A program made the position numbers and the translations under genes. This document shows, in pieces, positions 22,623 through 36,518 of a DNA stretch of 64,000 nt. Under the pieces are notes generated by a model. It had not been told where the DNA came from and ran no database searches. It saw nothing but the letters and a program-made list of their open reading frames with translations. Origin of the DNA: Octopus sinensis (taxonomy: Eukaryota); the NCBI RefSeq assembly GCF_006345805.1, contig NC_043002.1, positions 102,920,001-102,984,000 of the forward strand. Reading direction: 5' to 3'. Within the stretch, counting starts at the first letter, position 1, and the number at the start of each line of letters is the position of its first letter.

Positions 22623-25600
22623 ATTTCAGTTAATGATGTTGATATCACAAACCTCAACCACCTATACTATGCATCCGCGAAAATCTCAACGATCCTATGT
22701 GGTGTAAAGATTAGAAAACGGCAACAGTCCCACAAAAAGCCTTCTTGGTAAGAGCGTCTGCATCAACAAATTAAAGTATTTAGATCTGACATTGAATATT
22801 TGAAAAACCTTAAGGCTCACAAGACTACCAAACCTACAAAAACCCAAAAATTACTGAAAAAATACAATATGAAAACTATACTTGATATTGATGCCACCAT
22901 AGAAACCATCAAACAAAAGGTATCTGCCAAAGCTACCCGCATAGCGAGGTATGAAAAGCGTGTTAGATTTTTCAAGGACAACATGTTCAAAATAACACCA
23001 AGAATTTTTACAGGAAGATAGGAAAACAGCGTTTACTGCAGGGTCTGTACCATCAAAAGAAGAAGTGCAGAGTTTTGGAATAAAATCTGGGCAGAAGAAA
23101 AAAACACACAACGAAAAGGCCCCCTGGATTGACAGAATATCTACAGAACTGGACCCCTTAGAAGAGCAAAAGTGGGAGGGTGTCAAGGTAGAAGATATAA
23201 GATCTGCTCTCAGGAGGTCAAGCAAATGGAAGTCTCCAGGAAAGGATAAAATTCCTAACTTCTGGCTGAATGCCTCCCAGAGCCATGAACTGCTAACAGA
23301 ACTGTACAATGATGTCTGCAACAACACCCTAGTAGGATCCTCCTTGGCTAGTTAATGGGTTAACATTCCTGCTTCCAAAAAGTGAAGAAACAAATGAACC
23401 AAAAAACTATAGACCCATAACCTGCTTAACAACTATGTACAAAACTCTAACATCTGTCCTGACGGAATATACCTATAGTTTTTTAACAGACAACAGCATA
23501 TTCCCTAATGAACAGAAAGGATGTAAACGTGGATCCTACGCCTGTAAAGACCAACTACTCATCAATAAGATGATCTTAGAAGATTGTCACAAACGACACA
23601 AAAACTTATCAATAGCCTGGATAGACTATAAAAAGGCTTTTGATAGCCTACCACATAGCTGGATTAGGAAATGCCTTGAAATGTATAAGATAGCACCAAC
23701 TCTGCGAAACTTCTTGACTGTAAGTATGAGATCATGGAGAACCACACTAACTCTGAACAGTGACAGTGAATCCCTAAATGCTGGTGATGTAAAAATTTCG
23801 TGTGGCATTTTCCAGGGTGACTCACTGTCACCACTCCTCTTTGTTTTATCCTTAATACCTCTCTCAAAGCTGCTCAATGACGCGCAGTACGGGTATAAAA
23901 TGTTTGATAAAAATATAAATCATCTCGTTTACATGGATGATTTAAAGCTTTTTGCAAAAAATGATCAACAACTCAAGGCTTACTAGCGATAGTCAAACAA
24001 TTCAGTGACGACATCAGAATGCAATTCGGCCTCGATAAATGTGCAAAGCTACCTTTATCAAGGAAAAATGACAGAAACATCTAACGTTAACCTTGACCAA
24101 CAGAATGTCATAAAAGAACTAGACCCAGCGGAGAGCTACAAGTACCTAGGGGTAATTGAAGGGAACGGAATAAGGCATTCAAAGATGAAGGAAAGGATCA
24201 GGAGAGAATGCTATCGAAGAGTGAGAGCAATACTCAAGACAGAGCTGAATGCAAGAAACAGGATCGAAGCAAAATGCATTAGCTATACCAGTCGTGACTT
24301 ACAGTTTCAATATTGTTAACTGGTCAATTACTGAAATATGTCAGCTCGACAGGAAAATAAGGAAACTGTTGACAATGCATAGAATGCACCACCCTAAGGC
24401 AGATACAGAACGACTCTATCTGCCAAGAAAAGAGGGAGGCCGTGGTCTTTTGCAACTGGCAATAACAATGAAGATTGCTACAATTGGCCTAGACACCTAC
24501 CTGAAAAACTCTGAGGACTGGATGTTAAAACTTGTCTCAAAACATGAAACAAGAAAGCATCGTACTCAGTCACAAAACAGGCAAAGGAATATCTAAGTGA
24601 ATTCCGAATACAACCAATTTTGGAATTAGAGATAGACATACAAGAAACAAGCACAGAAAAAGCTAGGCGCATGAAACCCGTGCCAAAACTGCGGCCTTAG
24701 ATATTCTGAATAATAAATGGCAAGAAAAACCTACGGCAAATACCCAAAGAGAGCGAATAATGCAGATATCGACAAAGCCCTGACCCATTAATGGCTAATG
24801 GCCTCTGGCTTAAAATCTGAAACAGAGGGGTTTATCATAGCAGCTCAAGATCAATGCCTACCAACAAGAAACTACCAGGCCAACATATTAAAGATCAGAA
24901 GCAGTCCAACGTGTCGTGTATGCAAGCAACAAAATGAAACCATTGACCATGTGGTCTCCAAGTGCAGTCTTCTAGCGCCTACAGAGTATCTCACAGGCAC
25001 GATAGAGCTGCACAATATATTCACTGGGTAATCTGTAAAAACCTGGAGTTGCCCCATGAGAAAAACTGGTGGGAACACAAACCACCCCCAGTGCTTGAAA
25101 ATGACCACATCTCACTCCTCTGGAACTTCACCATTCAAACTGACAGGAAGATAGATGCAAATAGGCCAGACATCATATTGAAAGACTTCAAACAAAGAAC
25201 ATGCCTCCTCATTGATATGACTGTCCCAATCGATATAAACGTATCTGTCAGGACCTACAAAAACTGAGCAAATATAAAGATCTTAAAATAGAAATCAGCA
25301 AAATGTGGAAGCTGAAGACTAAAACAATACCTGTTGTCATAGGTGCCCTGGGAATGATAGCAAAAGGGCTGATAGCTACCTAACTCAGATACCAGGAAAC
25401 CCAAAAATGGCAGAAGTTCAAAAGATAGTGCTCATGGGAACTGCTCATATATCCTACGCAAAATACTCTCTATGTAACCTCAAGGTTTAAAACAACCATA
25501 ATTTTCGGTTTAAAAAAAAAAAAAAAATTTTTTTTTTTAGACATTCATTAGTACAACACATCCCCACCCCCCAAATATATGGCACACTAGGCATAACAAC

Positions 25601-25689
25601 AACATGAACTTCCAACCCTGTGTCTCTTGAGGTCTCTGGGTGAGACTTGGAGCCAACTTGTACAAATATAAAGCAAAAGTCAAACATAG
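22622..25689 (+). mobile_element. R4/Dong-like RLE LINE, copy C (5'-truncated, ~3 kb, decayed single ORF: RT, CCHC, REL)
   Basis: NYRPITCL, EQKGCK, WIDYKKAFDS, GIFQGDSLSPLLF, YMDDLKL, YKYLG, GGRGL, ETEGFIIAAQDQ, CRVCKQQNETIDHVVSKC, ANRPDIIL, KLSKYKDL; flanked by (AAT)n on both sides. Confidence 0.95.
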
Positions 25690-25818
25690 AATAATAAATA
25701 ATAATAAATAATAATAATAAAAATAATAATAATAATAATTAATAATAATAATATAATAATGGATAACAATAATAAAAATAATAATAATAATAATAATTAA
25801 TAATGAGATAAAATAACG

Positions 25819-25852
<34 letters not shown>

Positions 25853-26000
25853 TAATAATAATAATAATAATATAATAATATAATAATAATAAAATAATAA
25901 TAATAATAATAATGATAATAATAATAATAAAATAATAATAATAATGATAATATAATAATAATAACGATAATAATAATAAAAATAATAATAATAATAGTAT
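25690..26000. repeat. Degenerate (AAT)n array
   Basis: Direct inspection. Confidence 0.95.
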
Positions 26001-26298
26001 TAGATTGCAGAAAATAAACGATAGCACGGTATTGTTGAGTGCAGGTAGCAAAACCGCTACTAAAGCAAGACTCCACGATTTTCAACAAGACCTGTGATAA
26101 AAAGTTGTAATAATAGTAATGAGAAGAGGAAGAGGGAAAAGGAGAAAAAGAACAACATCAATAACAACATTGTTTTTTTGTTTTTTTTTGTTAATCATAA
26201 TTCTTATGACTATTGATACAATTCACTGCGACAACGACTAACCATCAGCTGGTTAGAAGAAATTTTTACCAACGGCGCTCTGTGATATTCCAGTTGCG

Positions 26299-26412
26299 AT
26301 GTTTTTAGTAAAAAGAGATTGTAAAAGAGCGGTGGTGCTGGCTCTGTTGCTTGTGTTGCCTGTGTTGATTCTGTTGGCTGTGATAACTGTGACCGTCCTA
26401 AATCAAAGTTAA
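26299..26412 (+). CDS. Candidate 37-aa single-pass membrane micropeptide (unverified)
   Basis: MFLVKRDCKRAVVLALLLVLPVLILLAVITVTVLNQS*; consensus donor AAC|GTGAGT at 26438; polypyrimidine-AG acceptors at 26575 and 26621. The hydrophobic stretch is encoded by a degenerate 9-nt repeat. Confidence 0.3.
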   Translation: MFLVKRDCKRAVVLALLLVLPVLILLAVITVTVLNQS

Positions 26413-28580
26413 TTGGCAGAACAGAGAACGTAAAAACGTGAGTTATCTTATTAGCTAAAATCATTAGTTCCATTCACAAAGCGAATATACACCAACAGAC
26501 CATTCTGCCTCATTTTTCTTCTTCCTCTCCACTTCCATCAACCTTTCTCTCTCGCTCACTCTGCCGTTCTCTCAGTACCATTCCATGCAATCTTATTTGC
26601 ATCGTACTTTTTTTTTCTCAGGTCAGCAACAACCTTCTGTAAACTTAAACTTTAAATGTAATTAATTGGATTTCAAAATTATACTTTTAGTTACGGAGTT
26701 TGAATAGGACCTTCACCACACTTCGTTCTTTGTGCACGCAATCATTATGGCGCCAATCGTTTAGTCTCCATCTTCTTCTTACTTGGAAACCAGTTAGATT
26801 AGTTCATGTAGGATGTACACATTTTATTTTTTGTTTCTTCCGCTTTTCTTTGTGTTAAATATTATGAAATTTCTACTTAATTTTTAATTCTCTTGTTCTT
26901 CAAGAAAACGAAATATTTATTATCAATACAAACTCCAGGTTGCTGTTCGTTGTGAGATGTTTTTAGTATATTTATTTCCCATAATAGAAACCTCCAACGA
27001 AGTTCCTAGATGTAATTTGGTAAACACTGTAGAATAAGAGACATACCAATCTGTTAAAATATGTTTCTATTAATATTCATACATGCGCTCATGTTCGTAT
27101 GCATAGGTATTTGTTATGTGTGCGTATGAGGGATGAGGCGTTCGGTCAACAAGCAGGCATCTGAAGTGACTCAATTTAGTAGAATAACGAACATGGTTCC
27201 CTCAAATTGTACGCTGCTGTTCTTAAAAACGAGATGTGTACTTCAGTAAAACATGACTAGAGCATAAAATACTCCACGACATACGGCGCTGGCACGGCTG
27301 GAAAGCATGAGGGCAAAATAATGTAGATCTGAGATTAATGAACAGCAAGTATAATATAAATGCATAAACATCAATATGATAATAGAGAAATGGATAGATA
27401 TATAGATTGATAGATTGATTATTTGATGGTGGAGTTCAACAGCAGGAATTTGATGTTACAGAAGGGAAATACTTGGGGTTTGTCTTTTTACAACACAGAA
27501 ATATTACAAACCTTCGATTTCTACATGGAGGAGGCGTGAAAGATAAAATCCAATGAGATGCAGAAAGAAAATACGCGTATGTATAATGTGCGTGCGTGTA
27601 TGCGAGCATCTGCCTGTTTGTATGCGTTTACGAGTGCAGGTGTATATAGGTGTTCTTTTTAGGTTCATGTAATCTGTATGAGAAGACTACAGATGAAACA
27701 AAGTTATCAGTTTCCTTCCGTAGACATTCTCTTTATAGAGCTTAACACAGAGGTTCCGTATACAAATATACACACATACATACATACATACATACATACA
27801 TACATACATACATACATACATACATGCACAGTACATATATAATTATATGTGTTTGTATATACATATTCATACACATAGATCCTTATAGGATCAATGCTTT
27901 CCCGAGTCAAAGGCTCGTAAAATTTCTTTCCTGGACCCTGCGATGAATACATTGACCCATCCCCAGACGAGACTGGACCTCGGGACGTCGCAGGATTTTA
28001 CCAAATATGTGGAGAGCAGCAACATCTTTTGCTCAATGAAGTCTTTCACTTATGAAGTCGTTTGCTCAAAAACATATAGCATCTCCCGGTTTTACGATCA
28101 TGCGTACAAGATTCCCTTGCGCAAGCGATAAGTGCATTTAATCTTATTTCTGTTGATTTGCCTTCAGAACGCAAGAACAAGAGATAGTTATGAGGATATC
28201 TCTAAATATCCACATTCTTTGAGAAAATTTTGCTCGTGACATTGAAATGTGTATGATATCTCTCACATCATCAGAAACTATTCATATCTGTAGGCAAGAT
28301 ACAGCCTTTCCATGAAACACATTTTGTTAAAGCTTCTACCATGTTCTGTACACGAACGATCGTCCTGGTTGCCACGCTAAATGTATGACAGAACGAGAAA
28401 GAATATTGTTACATTTTTATAAAAGCTAAATAAGGAAAAATACCAGAGCTTATTCCTATAATGTGCAAAATAAAGTAATAAAAAATAATGTAAGCACAGC
28501 AGGCCAGAGACAGTTGTGTGTGAAAGGGTGCAAAAATGTATTCATTGTTGTACAGATAAGCTGCTCGATCGATGTGAATA

Positions 28581-29194
28581 TAGATGCTTTCGATCTAATT
28601 TGGATTCTTTGCGATCAAATTTGAATTCTTTGCCATCAAATTTGAATTCTTTGCCATCAAATTTGAATTCTTTTCAATTGGTGCTCAAGTCTTGAAAAAA
28701 AAAAAAGAGTTAAACTACATCAGCCGTACGGGAATACATGTGTATCTTATTTAACTTGTCCAGTAGAGCCCACCAATTGATATCTGAAAAGTTCGATGAA
28801 ATAACTCATGAACCCTGCGATAGCTTCTATCAAAATATGCTCAACATATTTACATCGTCGACCGGTCTGGACAAGGGGAGATAATAAAAAAAGAATCATT
28901 CGTTTATTATCTCCGCTTGTCTAGACCAGTCGACGAAGTAAGTATGTTGAAGCATCTTTTGGTAGAAGCTATCGGAGTGTTCATGAGTTATTTCATCGAA
29001 ATTTCCAGATATCAATTGGTGGGCTTTACTGGACGAGTTAGATAAGATAGACATGTATTCCCTTACGGCTGATGTAGTTTAAATCTCTTTTTTTTTTCAA
29101 GGCTTGAGCACCAATTGAAAAAATTCAAATTTGATTTGATTACAAAGAATTCAAATTTGATAGAAAATAATTCAAATTAGATCGAAGACATCTA
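28581..29194. mobile_element. 614-bp foldback element / MITE made almost entirely of two ~300-bp inverted arms, flanked by TA
   Basis: Ends TAGATGCTTTCGATCTAATTT and AAATTAGATCGAAGACATCTA; arms pair to a 14-nt loop at 28889-28902; 21-bp subterminal repeats ATCAAATTTGAATTCTTTGCC; TA at 28579-80 and 29195-96. Confidence 0.85.
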
Positions 29195-30446
29195 TAACTC
29201 TTCAAACATTTATTGAAAAATATATGGACAGAGAAAGAAGAGTATAGCTCATTAATCGTTACTATAAATTTTATTTGTACCAGGTAGGTGACGTAGACTA
29301 CACTGTGGAGCAGTAAATCTGTTTAGAAACGGGGAAATGCTACGGAGTCTCCAAAACAGAACAGTGGAGTTTGATTCCTTTCCTCTAAATATAATTGCTA
29401 CTGGAACAGTAAAAAATTGGAAAATGTTGCTGGGATCCTCCATTTCCTTTTTCGGATGAATATGTGCAAACAATCATATGTAGATATGGAATACACACGC
29501 TCACACACACAAAGAGGATAATGAAACATTAGGCATTTGAGATGCCTCGTGACGCAGACGGGAGTAAATTTGTCCATACTTACACATAAGTACCACACGC
29601 ACGAATATAGAAATGCATCATCCAATTCACCGACCCCCAAATACTGCTTTGCCTTAAACAAAGAGCCTCAGTAAAATGCCAGTGGCCTGCTTATGTAAAC
29701 AGAATTCCGTTATTTATTATATTCTATTGGAAAGAGCAGAGATAGTGATTTAGTTTTTATTAGTAGAAGCAATAACGTTGGGTCCCAATCAAGAAATACG
29801 AGATGTTTTCAGTGATTGCATATTGTTTTGTATATATTTATATATTTGCGGTTAGATTTATAGCAAATTTTTACCGATGCTCTTGATATATCAGGTTTAT
29901 ATGTGAACTATCGAAATGCATGGGTTAAATCTCAGGTGAATGGATCAGATTATATGGAAAAAAAGAACTACAGAAAAAAATATCTTCCTTAATACAATAC
30001 AATTAAGCAAATATCTAACCCTACGTCTAATGCACTTTTGATGATTCGTTTATTACCAAGAGACATTGTGAAGCCAGGTTTAATATGTTCGTGTGAAGGC
30101 TGTGTTTATTAGTCTGTAGATTGTAAAGATACGATAAGAGAACGGAGATTAGTGTATATACAAAATGTATCAGCTAATTGAAAATAATACCATTGCCATA
30201 GGAATAACTGCCAGTCATTTGTCTTTCATTTAAATAGTACGTAATCACAGACAATCACATGTGCTGGAAACCTATATTTAGTTTTCATTCATATAGACAT
30301 ACCTCCATGCATACATACACATATAGGCAATTACATACACATACACGCATACATACACTTATATACGCTCACATACATACATAAAAACATACATGGATGC
30401 ATACATATATACATACATATACTTTATTTATACACACACACACACA

Positions 30447-30503
<57 letters not shown>

Positions 30504-32547
30504 CATATATATATATATGTATATATACATATCCCTCTCTGGCGCTTATATTATTGTAATATGTGTGTGTGTCTATGTACCTGCACAAGCATACACACTC
30601 ACACACTTGCACATATATTCATTCGTGTGTGCGTGTGTGTGTGTTTGTGTGTGTGCGTGTGTATGTGTGTATGCAGAGGTTTGAATATATACTATTCACG
30701 TTTGTGATTCTGTACTTATATGTGTGTGTGTGTGTGAATGTGTATGTCGGTATGTTTTTATGCTCTATATCTATATCTTCAAACACAGACCGTTGATATG
30801 ACTCAACTACTGTCTGTAGTAATTCTCCTGTGGGAAGTATTTTATCATTGAGCATCGGAGCCGTAGACTGAAGCCATATCACTATCGGGAGATATATCGT
30901 TTTCGGCCAAATGAGAGGATGGCCTCGCATATTAATCAAAAATGTTAATGGAGGTCATCACACTATAATTGAATATAAATGAGGCTGAGCATCAATGTTC
31001 GCTTCCTTTATTTTTAGGAAAATGAAATATTAACGCTATCAGAATGAGGCTATAATTAACTTGGTAGATAAATGGCCTGTGTCATTAAAGGATAGTATTT
31101 TAAAGAATGTTGACTGCGAATCTTTGATTCATAAAAAAAAAGTGCAGAATTCACTCTCACTTATAACAGTGAAAAGAATATCAAGATATTGTAATGGACC
31201 CAAATGCATATCTTTTTGTGAAAAACCAATTACACATTCAACATTGACATAGTTACTCTTCATTCTTGGCAAGAGGAGCCTTCTTACCTATATAGAAATA
31301 CAAATATCTTCTAACTCGGAGATACATTTACAAATTTAGACTTAGAACAAACCGAAGGCAATGGCAGTGAACTATCGCCCTATTGTGCATTTGATAGTTA
31401 ATACTAAAGGAAATCATCTAAAAAGAGGTGAATGTAAATGAGCTGTTCTTTTCGATTTTGAAAGACAGTTCACTGTCATAAGCAGTATTTGTGAGAAAGA
31501 GGGAGAGAGAGAGAGAGAATGTGTGTATGTGTGCGTGTATGTGCATGATTTTGTGTAGTGCGTCAGTCTTTAAGAATGTACTGGGTAGAGCCGGCGTTGT
31601 TATTCACATTGCATCTGTCTCTGTTCCGACACTTAATGTTTCGAGAAGAAAATGCATAAAAGACCTCAGCTGTTGACGAAGAAGACACTGACGTTATTAA
31701 AAACAAATTTAAAACTTTCTAAAAGTCAAAATTCACGTTTTATTACAAAGATTATATAGACACACTTTTACAATACGCCATAAAATAGAAATGACAGAGC
31801 TGTAGATGTTTTATACATAACCACATTCTCTTTAGTTCATAAATATGTTACGAAAAATATTGGTTAAAACCATCCCACTAACGTGAACTACAAATCCGGT
31901 GGTGTCACATATTGCCCTTCAACATCCAATTCGTTATATAAATAAAAACATAACAGACATGGGAAATATCATGGCTTCACGTTTATATCGAATGGAGAAA
32001 TTGCGAGAGATAATTATTTGCTGATACATCCTATAATATTACTGTATCGATACAAATGTCAACTACGTATAATATAAGAATATTAGTTGGAAACTTTACC
32101 AATTTTACAACGTTCCACATTTGAAGATTCATGAAAGAAATTGTGTAAATGTTCTTAATAGCAAATTATTGAGTGCCTGTTAAAATAAGGTAATAATACG
32201 TAGTTAAAAACTGAACAAATTTAAATATGTCGAGATCATGTATCTAGTTACGAATGCTTTCTCATCATTACTTGATATGGACAAAATATAATTTTGGAAA
32301 TCTAGTATCACTTTTAATACTTCGTCCTGAAAGATATGGTCGAAATTCAAAACATTAATAAGAAAGCAAAAAAGAAATAATAATAGAACACAATAGAATA
32401 TAACAAACACATGGGTATCAATATGATTCTCCTATATCCATTTTTTCGCTATATTCCTTTTTAAGTATTATGGTTTTTTTTTTACATTCCTGCACTGGAG
32501 AGTGCGTTGCTATTAAATTAATGTAATTCAATCATGAATTTATGTTA

Positions 32548-32548
32548 A

Positions 32549-32603
<55 letters not shown>

Positions 32604-32910
32604 GAGTATGAGATCAGTGCATGCCATCAAAGTGACACTGGGGTAAAACATACGAATCCCAGTATACCTAACATGAGTACCCGTCTGATAAGAGTACACT
32701 AGGCACATGCATCACAACCATATATGCTCGACATGGTGATCTCATATCAAGGCAGTTAGAATTTTCTTCTGGTCGTGTAGCCCATCCCGCTCAAAAGGTC
32801 CCTGAATAAGGATTGTTTAAGGATGTTGAACGAAACACCCATGTTTCCAGAGGTGAATTATTCAAACCCCAAAGAATCCCTCTCAACACATGGTTTTGAT
32901 GCTCCCCCAC
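32548..32910 (-). mobile_element. Retroposed repeat (SINE or LINE 3' end) with (AAT)n tail on the minus strand
   Basis: (ATT)n 32548-32603 abuts a GC-richer ~300-bp block; resembles an octopus interspersed repeat from memory only; no second copy in the window. Confidence 0.4.
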
Positions 32911-34227
32911 GACAAATGGGATTCGGCGAGGTGTAAATAATCCAATGAAAAGAAAAAGAGGGAAATTCTTTGACGCATTTTTAATTATAATTTATAATTG
33001 TTACTGTGCCCTGTTAATTTGGAGTTTACGCGAAAATTCTAAATGAAAATCACCAATATTTATGGTTTTAGTCATAATCGAAGCATTTCCTCTGCCTTGC
33101 ATCAAAGGTGTGTTATACCGTTGTGTGTCTTTCCGACCTTGTTTACAAAATATCAGGAAGAGACCAAAAAAGAAAAAAAATAAAGAGTGAAAGTGGAAGG
33201 AGTGGGCTAGATATTATGATGGGGTAAGGATCAAGGAGATGTATACTTATAAAAATAGAATGTAGAAAAAGAATACGTAGAAAAGGAAGGGAAAGAAGGA
33301 GGAGAAAAGGAAAAAAGGAGAAAAGGGAGGAGGAGAAAAAGGAAGAGGAAAGGAAGCAGAGAGGGGGGGGGCTAACTAACATGGATACAGTGGGCAGGGC
33401 TGCGTATAGGAAAACGGTTTATCTAGTCAGGTACTGGTAGTGTTTCAATCAGTACACAGAGAAATATTGTTGCCGAAATTCTTCTGATGGTAGAGAATGT
33501 ATTTGGCAACCAAACGGCATTAGTCGGCGACAACTGAAAATGAAAATATCTACGAGATATATAATTAGACATACATTATAAATATCCTCATTATTTATTT
33601 CCGGACAGTTGTGTAGTTATCTAATAGATTTTTTTCCCATTTAGTTGCCGCTGGCTAATGCTGTTTGATGACCAAATACATTTACTCCCATCAGATATAT
33701 TTTGGGAGTGAGAGAGAGAGAGAGTGAGAGTGAGCGAGAGAGAGATAGTACCGTGTAGTTATTATTTACTTCTCAACAGGCACGAGATTCAATGTCTTCA
33801 ATGAAACTTTGGCTGGTAAACAATTTGTTAATGGAATTTAGCTTATAGACGTTGCAAAGAATCGGGTATTTTGGGAATTGTTTTGGGGAAACAAGTGTCT
33901 GTGTTAAAGTTTAACCTTATGAACGACGGTGTTACAGTGCAACATTCTATATTTATTAAGAAAATAAAATATGGATACTGATAAGAATTTGTTCGGACTG
34001 TACTGGATGAAATATGCACCAGATTGAAATATTTTGCGAGCAGTGTAATGTTATAATCGACAAACACCCTTCAAGTCATGGCTTTGCATAATTCAATTTA
34101 TCGACAGAAAGCAGTGGGAGATTAAATGGACACACACACATACGTGCACACACACATATTCGTGCACGCACATATGCATGCACCCATATATATGTATACG
34201 TTTATCTTCCTGTACCTCTCCCTTTGT

Positions 34228-34306
<79 letters not shown>

Positions 34307-34884
34307 ATATATATATTTCCAATAACTAATAATCGGAAGCCGTACTTGATTTAAATCTCATCGTTTCTATATGTCATACCCTCCTTTTAAATATCTTCAC
34401 ATTTTCTTCATCCTCCACCTTAAGGCTGCAGCGATAACCTAGTAAAGAACCGGGGAAATTCTTTTATTATCTGTCAAACATGATATTTGTAATGTTCAGA
34501 ATCTTCATGGAGCTTCCGCTATAATCAGCAAATGTGTTTCGCCTCGAGCCAAGTTACTCCTTCGACAGATTCCCTAATGTAGAAATAGGATTAGAGCAGA
34601 ACATCTTCCCCTCATTCTTATTAATATTACATAACAATACATATATTTGAATAAATCGAATATCTGATTTCAGAAAATTCAAAATTTACACATGTTTAGA
34701 AATATTTCGTCCACCTTCTGAAAATATAATTCTATTTACACTTGATATTTCTTTCTTCTTCTCTCGCTCTGGACATTTTTTTCTTTTAGGGTTTTTTTTT
34801 GTAATTCATGAAATTGTATTCACTAATTACATTGTGGCGAGAATTCGATCGAGGGCTAAAATTTCCAAACGACAGTAAACAAGT

Positions 34885-35010
34885 GTTTAAGGTTTCAAAT
34901 AGGCCATCTCACACACTAAGTTGTAATAATAATAGGTCCCCTGAAATCAATGTGAAAAATCATTCCTCTTGACTACATTTTATGGGAACTTCTGTCATGT
35001 ACCTCCAACT
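34885..35010 (+). mobile_element. Possible highly decayed Tc1/mariner-superfamily transposase catalytic fragment
   Basis: AISHT then RSPEIN..IPLDYILW, reminiscent of GAPxH..RSPDLNPLDFxLWG; short and frameshifted. Confidence 0.3.
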
Positions 35011-35323
35011 TATTCGCTGGACATTGAAAATACTCGTTAATCTCGTGTAATAATGCACGAAATATGCTGTTTGTAACGGTGGAGCACAAAGTAGATAATG
35101 CTATAAAAATGCGCGTAAATATTTGGTTTAAATCCATAATGTGTGTACTTCCATGCTTAGCTATAGATTTACCAACTCTGAATTCAAACTTTCAAAACCA
35201 AATTATTACACGACTCTTGAAGTTTCTATATTATTCTACGTAAACAATAAATATTTTCCGCTATGGAGCCAACTAATTAATTGCCTGCATCAACTGTAAT
35301 ACGAAAGTGAACAACGGTGGTGC

Positions 35324-35375
35324 ATCAGCATGGCCGCAGCTCTGAGTTGAAGCAAAAAAAAAGAGAAAAAAACTC
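35324..35375 (+). mobile_element. Short SINE family 1-type tail
   Basis: GGTGGTGCATCAGCATGGCCGCAGCTCTGAGTTGAAGC plus A-rich run. Confidence 0.55.
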
Positions 35376-36124
35376 TGAGCCATATTTGTAAAAAGTCACG
35401 TTGCTAAGGTCCTAACCTTCAAAGCACTGCCATTACGGGAATAGAGCAGTGCTGTTTTCTTGAAGACAATTTTTTCTCCGTGAAGTTACACAGCTTATAA
35501 AATATTTAGATATCATATATATGATTGATGCCTAAGGGGTCTGAAAAGATGTAGCCCTCAGGCCTAGAAGATATTCGATCATGCGCTTCATTTATTGAAT
35601 CCCATACACTGCTAAACACAATCTTCAATTTGTTGTCAGGTATTTGCCAGATTTGGTTTGTTTAGGTGTCATATAATTCAGCTGGTAATATTCGAGAAAT
35701 TACCAGCATGACAAAAAACAACATTTTTTCAAATTATCAGTAAATATGTATCATACAGCAGTGTTTTCTTTACACCAGTCAGTGGAAGAAGATTGCCCAA
35801 TGCTTGCCGTGTCATTTTAGTGCTCAATTTCAGTATTTCCTATCTATTTATTTCTTCTTATTGATCTATAGAAATGTTTGCAGAGTTTGATAATCAGCAA
35901 TTACTACCATAAATATAAAATAACAAACACGTCAATTTGATACAGATGAACCGTTTGAATGTAACCATGCTGGCCATTCTGCTCTCAATCGTTATTTGTT
36001 ATGTGCCAACAGAGGAAACACCGCGGATTTGCTTGAATTTTATAAAATATGAGATGAATATTCTACAATCACTTTAAAAAGGCAGTATTATATATTGCTT
36101 TCTGTGCATACCACTATTTGTCTA

Positions 36125-36460
36125 AGGCGGCGAGTTGGCAGAATCGTTAGCACGCCGGGCGAAGTGCTTAGCTGTAATTCGTCTGCAGCTACGTTATGAG
36201 TTCAAATTTCGCAGAGGTCGACTTTGCCTTTCATCCTTTCGGGGTCGATTAAATAAATACCAGTTACGCACTGGGGTCGATGTAGGCGACTTAATCCCTT
36301 TGTCTGATCTTGTCTGTCCTCTCGGTGAATAGCTCCTTGTGAGCAGTAAAGAAATGGAAAGCCGCCCATGTCCACTTTGCAACTCATTCTTTCGGGGTCG
36401 ATTAATTAAGTTCCAATTGCGTACTGGGGTCGATATAATCGGCTGTCCCCCTCCCCAATG
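36125..36460 (+). mobile_element. tRNA-derived SINE family 2, full head, plus partial internal duplication (36385-36460)
   Basis: GGCGGCGAGTTGGCAGAATCGTTAG (A-box-like), GAGTTCAAATT (B-box-like), GAGGTCGACTTTGCCTTTCATCCTTTCGGGGTCGAT central block. Confidence 0.85.
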
Positions 36461-36469
36461 ACCACCTTC

Positions 36470-36487
36470 TTCTTCTCTTCTCTTCTT

Positions 36488-36518
<31 letters not shown>

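Noticed and set aside
27140-27320. Block resembling an octopus interspersed repeat
   Set aside because: The resemblance is from memory only; there is no second copy or structural hallmark in the window.
28613-28672. Short direct repeats that could suggest a CRISPR-like array
   Set aside because: Contiguous tandem 21-mers without unique spacers, in eukaryotic DNA and inside a foldback element.
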